From Fibrobacteria bacterium (GTDB lineage Bacteria > Fibrobacterota > Fibrobacteria > UBA11236): DNA of 50,253 nt. How positions within the stretch are numbered: position 1 is the first letter of the stretch; each line of letters opens with the position of its first letter. The position numbers and the translations under genes are program-made. The DNA lies in contig JAYTSD010000030.1 of the NCBI GenBank assembly GCA_043745805.1, forward strand, positions 1-50,253, read 5' to 3'. Shown piece by piece: positions 38,750 through 50,115 of the stretch. The notes under the pieces were generated by a model. That model made no database searches. It saw only the letters and a list, made by a program, of their open reading frames with translations, and was not told where the DNA came from.

Positions 38750-39772
38750 ATGGGCTCTATGCCAAAAACCATTTTAGTCACCGGAGCCGCCGGATTTATC
38801 GGCTTTCATCTTTCCAAATTATTACTCGGTAAAGGTTATCGTGTTTTGGGCATTGATAATTTAAACGATTATTATGATGTCAATATTAAACTGGCCCGTT
38901 TAGAAATTCTTAAAAAAAGCGCGGATTTTCAATTTGAAAAAGTCGACTTAGCCGATAAAACCAAAATTATGGAATTATTTGCCACGCATAAACCGCAAAA
39001 GGTGGTGAGCTTGGCCGCGCAAGCTGGTGTGCGTTATAGTATTGAAAATCCCCATGCTTATATTGAAGCCAATATCGTCGGCTTCTTAAATATTTTGGAA
39101 GCTTGTCGTTTTCATACTGTAGAACATTGCGTATATGCTTCCAGCAGCTCGGTTTATGGAGGTAACACGCAACTTCCTTTTTCTATTCATCATAATGTCG
39201 ACCATCCAGTTAGTCTTTATGCGGCCACCAAAAAAGCCAATGAACTCATGGCTCACACTTATAGCCATCTCTTTCAAGTGCCTACCACCGGACTACGATT
39301 TTTTACGGTTTACGGCCCTTGGGGACGCCCAGACATGGCTTTATTTAAATTCACCAAAAATATTTTAGCGGGCTTGCCCATTGATGTTTATAATCATGGT
39401 AATCATCGCCGCGACTTCACCTATATCGATGATATTGTCGAAGGCGTATTTCGTGTGATGGAAAAACCCGCTACCGCTAATCCTAATTGGTCTAGTGATC
39501 ATCCCGATTGTGCGACCAGTTCTTCCCCTTATCGCGTTTATAATATCGGCCATAATGAACCTGTGGAATTGCTGCGCTTTATCAAAGCCATTGAAGATAA
39601 TTTAGGCAAAAAAGCCATTCTCAATTTATTGCCTTTGCAAGCGGGCGATGTACCCGATTCACATGCAGATGTAGATGATTTAATTCGCGATGTAGGCTTT
39701 AAGCCGCAAGTAGCGGTGGAAGAAGGTATTCCCAAATTTTTAGAATGGTATAAAAGTTATTTCAAAGCCTAA
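38750..39772 (+). CDS. NAD-dependent epimerase, UDP-glucuronate 4-epimerase type
   Basis: [47 protein letters not shown]; start may be 38759. Confidence 0.92.
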   Translation: MGSMPKTILVTGAAGFIGFHLSKLLLGKGYRVLGIDNLNDYYDVNIKLARLEILKKSADFQFEKVDLADKTKIMELFATHKPQKVVSLAAQAGVRYSIENPHAYIEANIVGFLNILEACRFHTVEHCVYASSSSVYGGNTQLPFSIHHNVDHPVSLYAATKKANELMAHTYSHLFQVPTTGLRFFTVYGPWGRPDMALFKFTKNILAGLPIDVYNHGNHRRDFTYIDDIVEGVFRVMEKPATANPNWSSDHPDCATSSSPYRVYNIGHNEPVELLRFIKAIEDNLGKKAILNLLPLQAGDVPDSHADVDDLIRDVGFKPQVAVEEGIPKFLEWYKSYFKA

Positions 39773-39845
39773 CTTACCTTGCTCACTTTGTCCTATTTAT
39801 TTTTATTTTGGAAAATGAGACACAGTTAAGATACAATAGCATACC

Positions 39846-41588
39846 ATGAAGGTTATTGTATTGCCAAGAATGCCTTTGTATAGCTCAATGCGATTATTAT
39901 TTGATCGACTAATTCCCGCGCTTAAAAGTATAAGTTGCATGGGTTTACTGAGCATTTTTCCGCAAACGGTTTTTTCCCAAGCCATACTATCCGAACAAGC
40001 TTTAGCGGAAAAAATCGACAATCAATCTTTGCAGCATGCCAAGGCCTACTTCTCTTCCACATGGCCCAAAGCCTTTGCGGAACTTTGTCCCGAAGAAACG
40101 GATAGTAACACGGATATTACCTCCCTAGATACTATGAGCTGTGCACAAGAAAAAACCATTACCAATTGGAAAATCTCCTCCTCCATTGGAAATCAAGCGG
40201 CAAAGTTAAAATATCCTTTGGGCACTCCTTTTGAAACTTACAATGGCAATTGGGTGTCCTATAAATTAAATCCCGAACTTGGACAGGCTTGGGAAAGTTT
40301 ACCAGCACTTGTGCAAACCGAATGGCAATATCAGTTCGCTCCGCAATTCTTTTTTTATTTTCGTATGAATTTAAAACGTGATTTGGCCGCTTGGCATGAT
40401 GACGCCGCAGGATGGAATATCCCTTTTACTCAAAGTGAAGTGAATCTTAATGAACCTTCCCGAGGCTATATGCAATGGGCTAATAGTTACTCCAATATTA
40501 TTTTTGGACGTTTCCCCATTCATTGGTCGCCCAGTTTAGAATATGGTACGACATTAACCTCCTCGGTACCGTATCATGACGGTTTAATGTGGAACTTAAC
40601 TTTTCCGCATTTACAATATCATTTTTTAATCTCTAGTATGAATCCGCGTCTCGAAGGCACGCCCGATTCTGTGGGAGAAAATTTTCCTTTGGGATCCGAA
40701 GAATATCGCCAAAGGCATTATAGCAGCTTGGCAGGAAATGCTCATAATCGTATTTATACAGAACATATTAAAACCTTAATCGCCCATCGTTTGCAGTGGG
40801 GATGGCGTTTTTTGGAATTAGGCATAACCGAACTCTACATGATTGGAGGCAAAGTTCCGGACTTAAGGGATGCCAATCCATTGGTTTCCTTCCATAATAA
40901 TTTTAATGAGGGCTATAGCAATACGGGAGTGGGCTTAGATGGAAAGGTATATATTGGAAAAGGCCTAAGTTTATTTGGTGAAACATTTTTAGATGATGTA
41001 CAGTACAAACCCACCGAAGGCAATGATCAATCCCCATCCATTTTAGGATTTATGTTAGGAGCGAATCATTTTATAAAATGGAAGGCTGTACAAATTAGGC
41101 AAAGCTTGCATTATATCAAAACCGATCCCTTTCTCTATAATTTTTGGCAACCTTATAATACACTCTATTCACGGCATATTTTAACCAGCAATACCAATCA
41201 TCAAGATTCCTATTTCGTCGATAAATATGTGATTGATTACCCTATCGGTTATTTTCGAGGGGCCGATGCGGAAGATATTTGGTATAAAATTTCGGCGACA
41301 TTTCCTTGTAAGTGGACTTCTAGTTTAAAATTGGGCATACTTTCTCAAGGTAAATATGATGCTTATACACCTTTCGAAGAATATTTTAAAAATTCAACAA
41401 CCACTTCCTCTCCGCTGAACGAAGAGGAAATTCGCTTCGAATGGGCCAATACATATGCTTGGAAATATGGACTTAGCGGAAAAATCAATTTGAATTGGCA
41501 AAGCCTAGAAAACCTTAATCATCAAACGAACAGTAGCGCTAATCGCTTTTCTCTTTCCTCAGCATTAACTTGGACTATTCCTTATTAA
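39846..41588 (+). CDS. Capsule assembly Wzi-like outer membrane beta-barrel
   Basis: FGRFPIHWSP, AHRLQW, LGITE, FGETFLDD, PIGYFRGADA; aromatic C-terminus; capsule context; start uncertain. Confidence 0.65.
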   Translation: MKVIVLPRMPLYSSMRLLFDRLIPALKSISCMGLLSIFPQTVFSQAILSEQALAEKIDNQSLQHAKAYFSSTWPKAFAELCPEETDSNTDITSLDTMSCAQEKTITNWKISSSIGNQAAKLKYPLGTPFETYNGNWVSYKLNPELGQAWESLPALVQTEWQYQFAPQFFFYFRMNLKRDLAAWHDDAAGWNIPFTQSEVNLNEPSRGYMQWANSYSNIIFGRFPIHWSPSLEYGTTLTSSVPYHDGLMWNLTFPHLQYHFLISSMNPRLEGTPDSVGENFPLGSEEYRQRHYSSLAGNAHNRIYTEHIKTLIAHRLQWGWRFLELGITELYMIGGKVPDLRDANPLVSFHNNFNEGYSNTGVGLDGKVYIGKGLSLFGETFLDDVQYKPTEGNDQSPSILGFMLGANHFIKWKAVQIRQSLHYIKTDPFLYNFWQPYNTLYSRHILTSNTNHQDSYFVDKYVIDYPIGYFRGADAEDIWYKISATFPCKWTSSLKLGILSQGKYDAYTPFEEYFKNSTTTSSPLNEEEIRFEWANTYAWKYGLSGKINLNWQSLENLNHQTNSSANRFSLSSALTWTIPY

Positions 41589-41659
41589 CCCCCTGCCTTT
41601 AAGAAGTAGAATATTATGTATTTGATAAACCCCTTATTTTTTTGTATTTAAATGCCTCT

Positions 41660-43966
41660 ATGATAAGCACTTACAAGAATCTGTTCGCCTTTATTTTAAT
41701 CCTTTGTCCCTTGCTCCTTGGAGCGCAAAACTTGGAAGACAAGGTTGCCGAAGCCCGCAAATTGCAAGCGCAAGGGTTAACCAATGTGGATGCTTCACAA
41801 ATCGATTCCTTAGTGGCACAAAGACAATTACAAGAGGAAAAAAAAGGCAAAATCACTAATAAAAAACAAATCGAAAAAGCCGTTACCGATTCTTTAATTG
41901 CAGGGCCCAAGGGTAGCCGTAACAGCAAAAAAATGCGCACGAAGCGCGATTCTACTTTTACAAAAAATAAGGGTAAAGGAGATTTAAACGATAGCTTAGA
42001 CGATGAAGAAATTGAAATGTCTAAACGTTATGAACAAAGAATTTTTGCCAATAGCCCAGGAAGTCTTTTCGGAAGTTATGGTAAAGCCGTAGGAAAAGAT
42101 TATGTGCTCGGGCCAGGCGATGAAATTCTTGTGGCCTTATGGGGTGATAAAGAAAAAGAATATTCACTTACTTTGAATGAACAAGGCAGTGTTTTTTTAG
42201 AAGGCGTAGGGCTGGTATCCTTACGTGGTAATAATATTACCGAAGCGGAAAAAAAATTAAAAGAACACTTATCCAAAATCTATTCCGGTATTAATCGCGG
42301 CACGGCCCATGTTGATGTTTCACTAGGCAAAGGTGGTCCCATAAAGGTTTTTGTTTTGGGTGAAGTAAAATTACCTGGCGGTTATGTTTTCAGCGGCAAT
42401 ACCAGCATTATGTCGGCCATGTATTTTGCGCAAGGCCCCAGCGATATTGGAACCGTACGTAACTTACAACTTACCCGTTCCGGCAAAAAATATTCCTTGG
42501 ATTTGTATAAATACTTAATTCGCGGTGAAAGCTTAACTCCCGATGTATTGCAAGATGGAGATATTTTATTTTCCGCACGTGCCGATGCCTTAGTGGAAAT
42601 CACGGGCGATGTAGGCCGTCCCGCTACTTACGAATTAAAAAAGGGCGAAGGTATAAAAGAACTCTTAGAATTTGCGGGTCGCTTAAACTCCACCGCCGCT
42701 AATCAAAAAATGACTTTAAAAAGAATTTTTCCTAATGGTCGTATGGATTTTATTGATTTGCCTTCGCCGCAAGACATTTTAAGCGGAAAAGAAAAAATTG
42801 AATTACAAGATGGCGATGAAGTTTTAGTAGAGAAGTCCACTGAGCCCAGCCGCGATTTTGTTACCGTAAGCGGTCCGGTGAAATACCCTGGAACTTATGG
42901 CTTATTAGGTTTAAAAAACGTGAATGATTTGGTTGCTAAAGCGGGTGGTTTACAAGAGGATGCATTTTTAGGTCGCGTACATGTGGTCCGCATTAAACCC
43001 AATGGTTCAAGTGAGCTCTTTGCGTATAATTTAGATAGCACGCAAGTTACCGATACTATTTCTATTCAACCTCGCGACAATGTGATTTTGTATAGCATAA
43101 AGGATATGTATTTACCCGATAGCGTAGAAATTGCCGGAGCCGTTTTTAATCCTGGCAAATATGAATATAGTCGTGGAATGTCAGTGAAAGATTTAATCAT
43201 GCGCTCAGGCGGATTTTTACCGCATCATGAACGCGGTAAAATACTTATTGCACGCAGCGAAGTACATGAACAAAGGGTATCAAACGTATTACTCGATGTG
43301 GAAGATGGTTTAGGAAAAAGCGGCGAAAACTTTTTGCTGAATCCCGATGATTTTGTGCAAATCCCTATTGATCCACGTTATTACAAAAAAGAAATCGTGG
43401 ACTTGGAAGGCCTCTTCGTTCATCCTGGCAAATATTCCTTACAAACCCCTGGTGAGTCCTTAGCCTCGGTAATTGCTCGCGCTGGCGGATTCCGTGAGGG
43501 CGCTTATGTGGAAGGTGGTAGACTTTATCGCAAAAAAAATAAAGTGGGCCGAATTGGTTTGGAAATCAAAGATGCCGTGAAAAATTCTTCCAGCAAAATG
43601 AATATCCCTTTAGTAGGAGAGGATAGCATTTATATTCCTGAAAGATTGAATACGGTTAAGGTGGTGGGTGAAGTTGGGTTTGAAACCAGCGTATTATTTG
43701 AAAGTGGCGCCAATGCAGAGTATTACATTGAAAAAGCGGGAGGATTTACTCGTCGCAGCGAGAAGGATAAAATTGTTATTGAATATGCTAATGGGGAAAC
43801 CAGTCGCGATGGTACCTTTAATCGTAAACCGGATGCCGGTACGGTAATTTATGTTCCTCAAGGGCCAGAGCCAAAACCGATTGATTGGTTGACGGGGACG
43901 CAGGCTATTTTGGCGCTGGTGACTACGCTATTGACAATTGTAGTGATTTCGAATCAGCTGAAGTAA
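41660..43966 (+). CDS. Polysaccharide export protein with multiple SLBB domains (Wza/KpsD-like)
   Basis: DYVLGPGDEI poly_export motif, repeated G.V..PG.Y...AGG units, C-terminal helix. Confidence 0.9.
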   Translation: MISTYKNLFAFILILCPLLLGAQNLEDKVAEARKLQAQGLTNVDASQIDSLVAQRQLQEEKKGKITNKKQIEKAVTDSLIAGPKGSRNSKKMRTKRDSTFTKNKGKGDLNDSLDDEEIEMSKRYEQRIFANSPGSLFGSYGKAVGKDYVLGPGDEILVALWGDKEKEYSLTLNEQGSVFLEGVGLVSLRGNNITEAEKKLKEHLSKIYSGINRGTAHVDVSLGKGGPIKVFVLGEVKLPGGYVFSGNTSIMSAMYFAQGPSDIGTVRNLQLTRSGKKYSLDLYKYLIRGESLTPDVLQDGDILFSARADALVEITGDVGRPATYELKKGEGIKELLEFAGRLNSTAANQKMTLKRIFPNGRMDFIDLPSPQDILSGKEKIELQDGDEVLVEKSTEPSRDFVTVSGPVKYPGTYGLLGLKNVNDLVAKAGGLQEDAFLGRVHVVRIKPNGSSELFAYNLDSTQVTDTISIQPRDNVILYSIKDMYLPDSVEIAGAVFNPGKYEYSRGMSVKDLIMRSGGFLPHHERGKILIARSEVHEQRVSNVLLDVEDGLGKSGENFLLNPDDFVQIPIDPRYYKKEIVDLEGLFVHPGKYSLQTPGESLASVIARAGGFREGAYVEGGRLYRKKNKVGRIGLEIKDAVKNSSSKMNIPLVGEDSIYIPERLNTVKVVGEVGFETSVLFESGANAEYYIEKAGGFTRRSEKDKIVIEYANGETSRDGTFNRKPDAGTVIYVPQGPEPKPIDWLTGTQAILALVTTLLTIVVISNQLK

Positions 43967-44081
43967 TTACCTTCTTAAGAAATGCAGCTTTCTCTATGCC
44001 ATTTTTATGGTAAATTTTCTATTTTCGTCACCGTTCAGTAATTCTAAATTCTGAGCACGTGAATTAAGAAAGGTTTGATAA

Positions 44082-45137
44082 ATGGCAAATAAAGTCGCTT
44101 TAATTACAGGCGTTACTGGACAAGACGGCTCCTATTTAGCAGAGTTGCTAATAGAAAAAGGTTATGATGTTCATGGTATTATCCGTCGAACTTCTTTATT
44201 TAATCGAACCCGAATAGAAGATGCTCGCGAAGAAGCAAAAAAAGCCGGAAAGATATATGAGCTCCATTATGGAGACTTAGGAGATTCTAGTAGCTTAAAT
44301 CGTATTATTGCCGCAACTCGACCCGATGAAATCTATAATCTTGCGGCCCAGAGCCATGTTCAAGTTTCTTTTGATTCACCCGAATTTACAGCAGATGTGG
44401 ATGCTACTGGAGTATTGCGTTTACTCGAAGGTATTCGCAGCAATAAGTTAAACTCTCGATTTTATCAGGCTTCTACTTCTGAGCTTTACGGAAAAGTGGT
44501 AGAAACACCGCAAAGTGAAACTACTCCTTTTTACCCTCGCTCTCCTTATGGAGTCGCAAAACTCTACGGTTTTTGGATTGTCAAAAATTATCGGGAATCG
44601 TATGGAATGCACGCTAGCAACGGCGTTTTATTCAATCATGAATCTCCCCGCCGCGGTGAAAACTTTGTGACTCGTAAAATCACTCTTTCTCTCGCAAAAA
44701 TTAAAGCCGGTTTGCAAAGCAGCTTACGTCTTGGAAACATGGATGCAAAACGTGACTGGGGTTTTGCACGTGATTATGTAGAGATGATGTGGATGATGCT
44801 TCAGCAGCCAACACCCGATGATTATGTTGCCGCTACCGGTGAAACTCATACTGTCCGAGAATTCATTGAAAAAGCTGCTCCGTATGCCGGTTTCGATATT
44901 GCATGGGAAGGTGAAGGAGTTAATGAAAAAGGGCGCGACAAGAAAACTGGAAAACTTGTTGTAGAAATTGATCCTAAATTTTTCCGCCCAGCTGAAGTTG
45001 AATTATTGTTAGGAAATCCTAGCAAAGCAAAAAAGCAACTAGGTTGGGAACCCAAGGTAAAATTTGAAGGTCTAGTTGAAATTATGATGAAAGCGGATTT
45101 GGAAAATTTTTCCAAATCCGCTTTCATGCATCCATAA
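44082..45137 (+). CDS. gmd: GDP-mannose 4,6-dehydratase
   Basis: [55 protein letters not shown]. Confidence 0.97.
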   Translation: MANKVALITGVTGQDGSYLAELLIEKGYDVHGIIRRTSLFNRTRIEDAREEAKKAGKIYELHYGDLGDSSSLNRIIAATRPDEIYNLAAQSHVQVSFDSPEFTADVDATGVLRLLEGIRSNKLNSRFYQASTSELYGKVVETPQSETTPFYPRSPYGVAKLYGFWIVKNYRESYGMHASNGVLFNHESPRRGENFVTRKITLSLAKIKAGLQSSLRLGNMDAKRDWGFARDYVEMMWMMLQQPTPDDYVAATGETHTVREFIEKAAPYAGFDIAWEGEGVNEKGRDKKTGKLVVEIDPKFFRPAEVELLLGNPSKAKKQLGWEPKVKFEGLVEIMMKADLENFSKSAFMHP

Positions 45138-45400
45138 GCCTTTGAACAGGTCTTATTTGCAAAAGTGAACCAGTGTGGCTTGTACGAAACGGTACATTTT
45201 TTAGGACTATTATCTGGTCAAGCAAAGTCTAATGCTTATGCCAAATCGGAAAATCAATGAATGAGGCTGGCAAAAAGCTATATGATGCTAAATACACGAT
45301 GAAAAAGTTCCACGAAAATATGGCTCAGGTATTTAGCTCACTTTCATAAATCAAAAATTAATACAACTAATAAAATTTAGTTTTGATATAATGGGTAGTT

Positions 45401-46228
45401 ATGTCTTTATTTTCTAATCAAGATGATGTTTCTGGAATTATTTTCTTGCACATACCCAAAACTGCTGGGACAACCATTAGCCATATTTTAGCATATCAAT
45501 ATTCTAAAAAATCCATTCTTCAAATCAATTATCCTAAACAAGTCGAACTTTTAAATTCATTTTTAGGCGATATAAATAATAAACCCATCCGAACTTATGT
45601 TTTTAAAGGACATATGAGCTTTGGACTTCATACACATCTGAAGTTTCCAACTACTTATTTCACATTTTTAAGAAGCCCTATCGAGCGTATAGTGTCACAT
45701 TATTATCATGTACTGGGAAAACCCAACCATTATCTACACGAAACTGTAAAGAAAAATCAAATGGATCTTTGCTCATACGTGGAAAGTGGTATCAGTACGG
45801 AGCTGGATAATGGACAAGTAAGACTTTTATCAGGCTTAGATTCCGAAACGCACGATGTTCCATTTGGAGCCTGCTCAAATGAGATGCTAAATCGAGCAAA
45901 GAGTAATATCGAAAAATTTTTCCCAATTGTTGGTATTACTGAGAGATTTGATGAATCCATTCTTCTGCTGCAAAAAACCTACAAATGGAATACTCCCTTT
46001 TACAAAAAAGGGAATGTCAATCCTTCCCGACCCCATCTGAGTTTAATTTCTGAAAAAGAAAAAGCTGTCATTAGGAAACATAATAAACTTGATGAAGAAC
46101 TCTATTCCTTTGCCATTGATAGATTAAATAAAGAATTGGTGTCACAACATCAACCTATATCCACATTTAAAAGTGCAAATAAAATTTTAGGCCCTCTTGC
46201 TCAATTAATAGGAAGAATCAAAACTTAA
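45401..46228 (+). CDS. PAPS-dependent sulfotransferase (Sulfotransfer_2-like)
   Basis: 5'-PSB loop FLHIPKTAGTT, 3'-PB motif FLRSPIERIVSHY, VGITERFDES, N.LD.ELY. Confidence 0.85.
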   Translation: MSLFSNQDDVSGIIFLHIPKTAGTTISHILAYQYSKKSILQINYPKQVELLNSFLGDINNKPIRTYVFKGHMSFGLHTHLKFPTTYFTFLRSPIERIVSHYYHVLGKPNHYLHETVKKNQMDLCSYVESGISTELDNGQVRLLSGLDSETHDVPFGACSNEMLNRAKSNIEKFFPIVGITERFDESILLLQKTYKWNTPFYKKGNVNPSRPHLSLISEKEKAVIRKHNKLDEELYSFAIDRLNKELVSQHQPISTFKSANKILGPLAQLIGRIKT

Positions 46229-46303
46229 ATGCTTAAGCGCATAATGATGAATCACCGTTTTTATTGATTCAATTAATTTCTCTTTAAAAGAAGTAAGTGC
46301 ATA

Positions 46304-47842
46304 ATGAAAATTATAAAGCAGATTATAGCATTTGAGTTCTTATTTTTATTAATAATCAATTTTAGCGAAGTTTTTGCGGAAACGGTAAAACCAAATCTAG
46401 ATATTCCGGCAAATAGTCGGTCCATAGAAACATTACGTCGTATTCAAACTCATTCTGCTCTTTTATTTAACAGCCAAGCTTTTCCACAAAGTAACTATTC
46501 TGTAGAAAAATATTTGCAGGGTAAGGATTTAACTTCGTCGGATTCAGCAATTCTTTCATTATCGTTAATTGGTTTTCGAAATCCCCTTATTCAATGGACA
46601 GATTCTGTTAGTTTACACTCATTATATTTTTCTCCAGCCATAAATTTGGCTTGGCATAATGAAACGCAACCTGATTCAAATGATGGCGCTAGGCTTGTGG
46701 GTTTTGGAGGTACTCTTTATGGCAATCTTAATCCTCATTTAACATTTTATAGTCATGGATTTATTTATTCTGAATTTACCGATAAAGCTCAATTTACTCA
46801 TCAATTCAGCTCTGAATATGGAGAAACTTATTCAGTAGAAAAGGGTGCTAATGATAGTTTACTTAAAAACCGAACTTATAATCGCTTTGAAAGTTATGTG
46901 TTGGCAGGTTTTTCATGGATTACTCTAAAATTAGGTAGAGACCGTGTTCATATGGGGCCAGGTTATTTTTCATCCTTAATGGCCACAAGGGATACTCCAC
47001 CTTATTATCTTCTAGAAGCACGTATTGATTTTGCTTCTTGGTTAACCTTAGACAATTATTTATTACGTATGACAGATACGCGACACGATATTCAAAAATA
47101 TGCGAATCTTCATCGTTTTGAATTCAAACCTTCCACAACTTTAAGTTTAGCTTTTCAAGATATTGTGATTTACCAAGATCGCGATCCAGATTGGCGTTAT
47201 ATCCTACCTCTTGTACCCCTCACTTTTACGGAATCTGATATTGGTGGGCCAGACAATGCGGCAATGGGATTCGATTTTCTTTATGCAGGAATTAAAAATT
47301 TTTCTCTGTGGGGTGAATTATTCATTGATGACCTAATGGGTCCAACTTCATTCTTTAATGATTTTTGGGAAAATCGCTGGGCAGGATTAGCGGGCGTTCA
47401 AGTAACCTCCCCGCTACCTAAATTTGATGCAGACCTTGTTATTGAATATAGCCATGTGGAACCTTGGACTTACAATGGTCGTAAACCCCAAACTAGCTTT
47501 AAACAATTTAATGTCCCTAGTGCCAGTAAATTGGGGCCAGATTCACGCACATGGGATATACAACTTTCTTATCGACCTATAAAATGGATAGAGATTAAAG
47601 AAGGCGCTAAGTTTTATGATAAAGGGTTAGAGCGCGCAGGTACTTTGGGAGTGATTCACAATGATGCTGTTGACGGACTAACCAAAAATTGGTTAAATGG
47701 AAATGTTTATTCTCAAAGAATATGGACTCAGAAAATCAATTTTCATTTGCGCCAATTTTTATCTACAAGTCTAATTTGTGATATGGATTTTGGAGACATT
47801 AAAAAAAATCAGATGGCCATTGATTTTATCGCAACTTGGTGA
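46304..47842 (+). CDS. Second capsule assembly Wzi-like protein
   Basis: Signal peptide, LGRDRVHMGPG, HRFE, DNAAMGFD, WGELFIDD, LGPDS; C-terminal W. Confidence 0.75.
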   Translation: MKIIKQIIAFEFLFLLIINFSEVFAETVKPNLDIPANSRSIETLRRIQTHSALLFNSQAFPQSNYSVEKYLQGKDLTSSDSAILSLSLIGFRNPLIQWTDSVSLHSLYFSPAINLAWHNETQPDSNDGARLVGFGGTLYGNLNPHLTFYSHGFIYSEFTDKAQFTHQFSSEYGETYSVEKGANDSLLKNRTYNRFESYVLAGFSWITLKLGRDRVHMGPGYFSSLMATRDTPPYYLLEARIDFASWLTLDNYLLRMTDTRHDIQKYANLHRFEFKPSTTLSLAFQDIVIYQDRDPDWRYILPLVPLTFTESDIGGPDNAAMGFDFLYAGIKNFSLWGELFIDDLMGPTSFFNDFWENRWAGLAGVQVTSPLPKFDADLVIEYSHVEPWTYNGRKPQTSFKQFNVPSASKLGPDSRTWDIQLSYRPIKWIEIKEGAKFYDKGLERAGTLGVIHNDAVDGLTKNWLNGNVYSQRIWTQKINFHLRQFLSTSLICDMDFGDIKKNQMAIDFIATW

Positions 47843-47914
47843 AAGCATATTTTGCTTTCTTAAATGAGGAATCGCCATCTACAAGCTTTTTCAACCGAAG
47901 CGTTCATATTACAA

Positions 47915-49021
47915 CTACTGAAATAATTCGTAATACTGTTTTGCTATTGCAGCGGGAGAATAATGTGCTCGGATCTTTACTATTTCTGAAGCTTGTTTTT
48001 TATGCGCTGCCGGATTATCTAACACAATTTTTATTTCTCTAGCCATTTCATCAATATCTAAAGGATTTTTTAAATACTTTGCCATCCCCAAGGTTACTTC
48101 AGGAATAGATGTTAGGTTAGTAGTTATGACGGGCAACCCAAAACCCAACGCTTCTACAGGAGGTAATCCAAAACCCTCAAATAAAGAGGGAAACACGAAA
48201 AGTTCAGCGCCCTCAAAAAGTTGGGCTAAACCTTCATTCGAAATATGTCCGGTAATTTTTACAGCATTCTCTAAACCCAATTCCTTGACCAATTTGCGCA
48301 AATCAGGACAGTTATTAGAACCTATGAGACCTTCCGGGAGTTGTCCCGCTAAAACAAGATTTACGTCTGGAAAAGCTAGTCTTACTTTTTGAAATGCACG
48401 AATTAATGTCGTTAGATTTTTATGCGGATAATGAGTGGCAACACTTAAAACAAAACGCTTTTGCACCGTTTCATTTTGAGAACCATCAGGTTTACCTAAA
48501 CGATCCCAAGAAACAGGAATGGGAATAACCTTAATTTTTTTCCCCCATCTTGAACCATAAATATTTAATAGATCGCGTTTCACATGTTCTGAAGTGGCAA
48601 TTACGGTATCCGCCCATATAAGCGTTAATAAATGAGCTGTTCTGAGCCAAACTCTTTTTTTAACGGAAAAATTCTGTGGCATGTGCCAATATTGAGCATC
48701 ATGAATAACAGTTACAATAGGACATGATTTGAACCAAGGAGGGGTAAAATAATTGGAAAAAATCATTCCCCGCACTTTATTCCCGTAACGTATATAAGAC
48801 CAAGCCTCTCGAAAGAAACGATTGCTACTATTAAGTCCCGAATGTGTTAAAGATAATTTTTGTGAGCAAATGTCATATGATGATGCGTGGCCATATAGTT
48901 TTATGCTTTCGTCTTTGGGCAATATTTGCAAGAATCCTTCAATCAAATTCTTGGCGTGGTATTCTGTTCCCCCCACTTTTCCTGGGTAAATAAATTCTGT
49001 GGAAATGCCTATAGGTTTCAT
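47915..49021 (-). CDS. Glycosyltransferase family 4
   Basis: TVIHD, PHKNL, FVFPSLFEGFGLPPVEA. Confidence 0.92.
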   Translation of the reverse strand: MKPIGISTEFIYPGKVGGTEYHAKNLIEGFLQILPKDESIKLYGHASSYDICSQKLSLTHSGLNSSNRFFREAWSYIRYGNKVRGMIFSNYFTPPWFKSCPIVTVIHDAQYWHMPQNFSVKKRVWLRTAHLLTLIWADTVIATSEHVKRDLLNIYGSRWGKKIKVIPIPVSWDRLGKPDGSQNETVQKRFVLSVATHYPHKNLTTLIRAFQKVRLAFPDVNLVLAGQLPEGLIGSNNCPDLRKLVKELGLENAVKITGHISNEGLAQLFEGAELFVFPSLFEGFGLPPVEALGFGLPVITTNLTSIPEVTLGMAKYLKNPLDIDEMAREIKIVLDNPAAHKKQASEIVKIRAHYSPAAIAKQYYELFQ

Positions 49022-49195
49022 TTGATTGATCTCATGTGTCCGATGATCTTTCTATAATTTAAAAAGAATTGTTCTCTAATACTCGATTCGAATTTCAGTT
49101 TTTGCCCTCAGGATTTTCTAGTGTAATAAAACTTTTTAACATGACAAGTCATACTAAATTAAACTAATAGATTTTGCTGATGTTCATCAGGGTCA

Positions 49196-50002
49196 TTATC
49201 TTTTACGAAGAATTTTTAACTTACTCACTTGCTTTATCGCATATAACTTTATGAGCAAGAAAAGAAATATCGGATTAGTTTTAAAATAGCGCTTCCACAA
49301 TCTTCTTGGATCTTGCATTAATCGCCAGATCCACTCCAATGCAAATTTTTGTGCTAGTCTGGGGGCACGTTTCAATTCTCCTGCATGATATGCGAATCCT
49401 GCGCCAATTCCAATAAGTAAAGATTCTGGATAAAAGTTATGATTCGCTTTCATCCAATATTCTTGTTTTGGGGCTCCAAAACAAACCCAAATATAATCGG
49501 GTTTACTTTCTAAAATATTTCGACGCATAGATTCATCCTCTGCGCTAGTCATTTGGCGAAACGGAGGAGAATACATTCCAGCAATATGTAGCTGTGGAAA
49601 TTTGGTTATTAATGTTTTTTTCATAGAGGTTAAAGTCTGCGGAGAACCTCCAAGAAAATAATGCCGACGCTTTTGGCATAAGGGCGAAGCAAAAATTTCT
49701 TCCATAATATCAGGTCCCATAACTCTCTCTATATCAGTCACTCCAGATAACAAACCATACATAATGATTGGTTGACCGTCGGCAATAGTGAGAAAAGAAT
49801 TATTTTGGATTTGTCGCAATCTTGAATCCCATCGACTCTCTATAGTAGAGTGAACATTCGAGACGCATACATAATTGTTACTACTACGCAATTGAAAAAA
49901 CGCCTCCATTGAAGAGGCGAGGTTTTCTAAATTAATCGCCGAAAATAAAACAGAATCAACTAAGTAACGCGAACGATTCTGTGCTGTTTCAAAAATTTTC
50001 AA
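49196..50002 (-). CDS. WecB/TagA/CpsF family glycosyltransferase (GT26)
   Basis: ADGQP, RVMGPD, SPPFR, GAPKQE, RAP..LEWIWRL.QDPRRLWKRY; start uncertain. Confidence 0.92.
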   Translation of the reverse strand: MKIFETAQNRSRYLVDSVLFSAINLENLASSMEAFFQLRSSNNYVCVSNVHSTIESRWDSRLRQIQNNSFLTIADGQPIIMYGLLSGVTDIERVMGPDIMEEIFASPLCQKRRHYFLGGSPQTLTSMKKTLITKFPQLHIAGMYSPPFRQMTSAEDESMRRNILESKPDYIWVCFGAPKQEYWMKANHNFYPESLLIGIGAGFAYHAGELKRAPRLAQKFALEWIWRLMQDPRRLWKRYFKTNPIFLFLLIKLYAIKQVSKLKILRKR

Positions 50003-50115
50003 GAAGATTCAAGGTTTCATAAAAATTAAGTTTTTGAATTGGTATCAACTCTAGTGAGATTAGTAAATTTCATTACCCTGGTCAATCTACTACAAATGAA
50101 ATATTATCTCTCAGT

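Noticed and set aside
45138-45400. 263-bp gap after gmd as a possible fcl pseudogene or ncRNA
   Set aside because: Only very short ORFs, no recognisable motif or stable structure by eye
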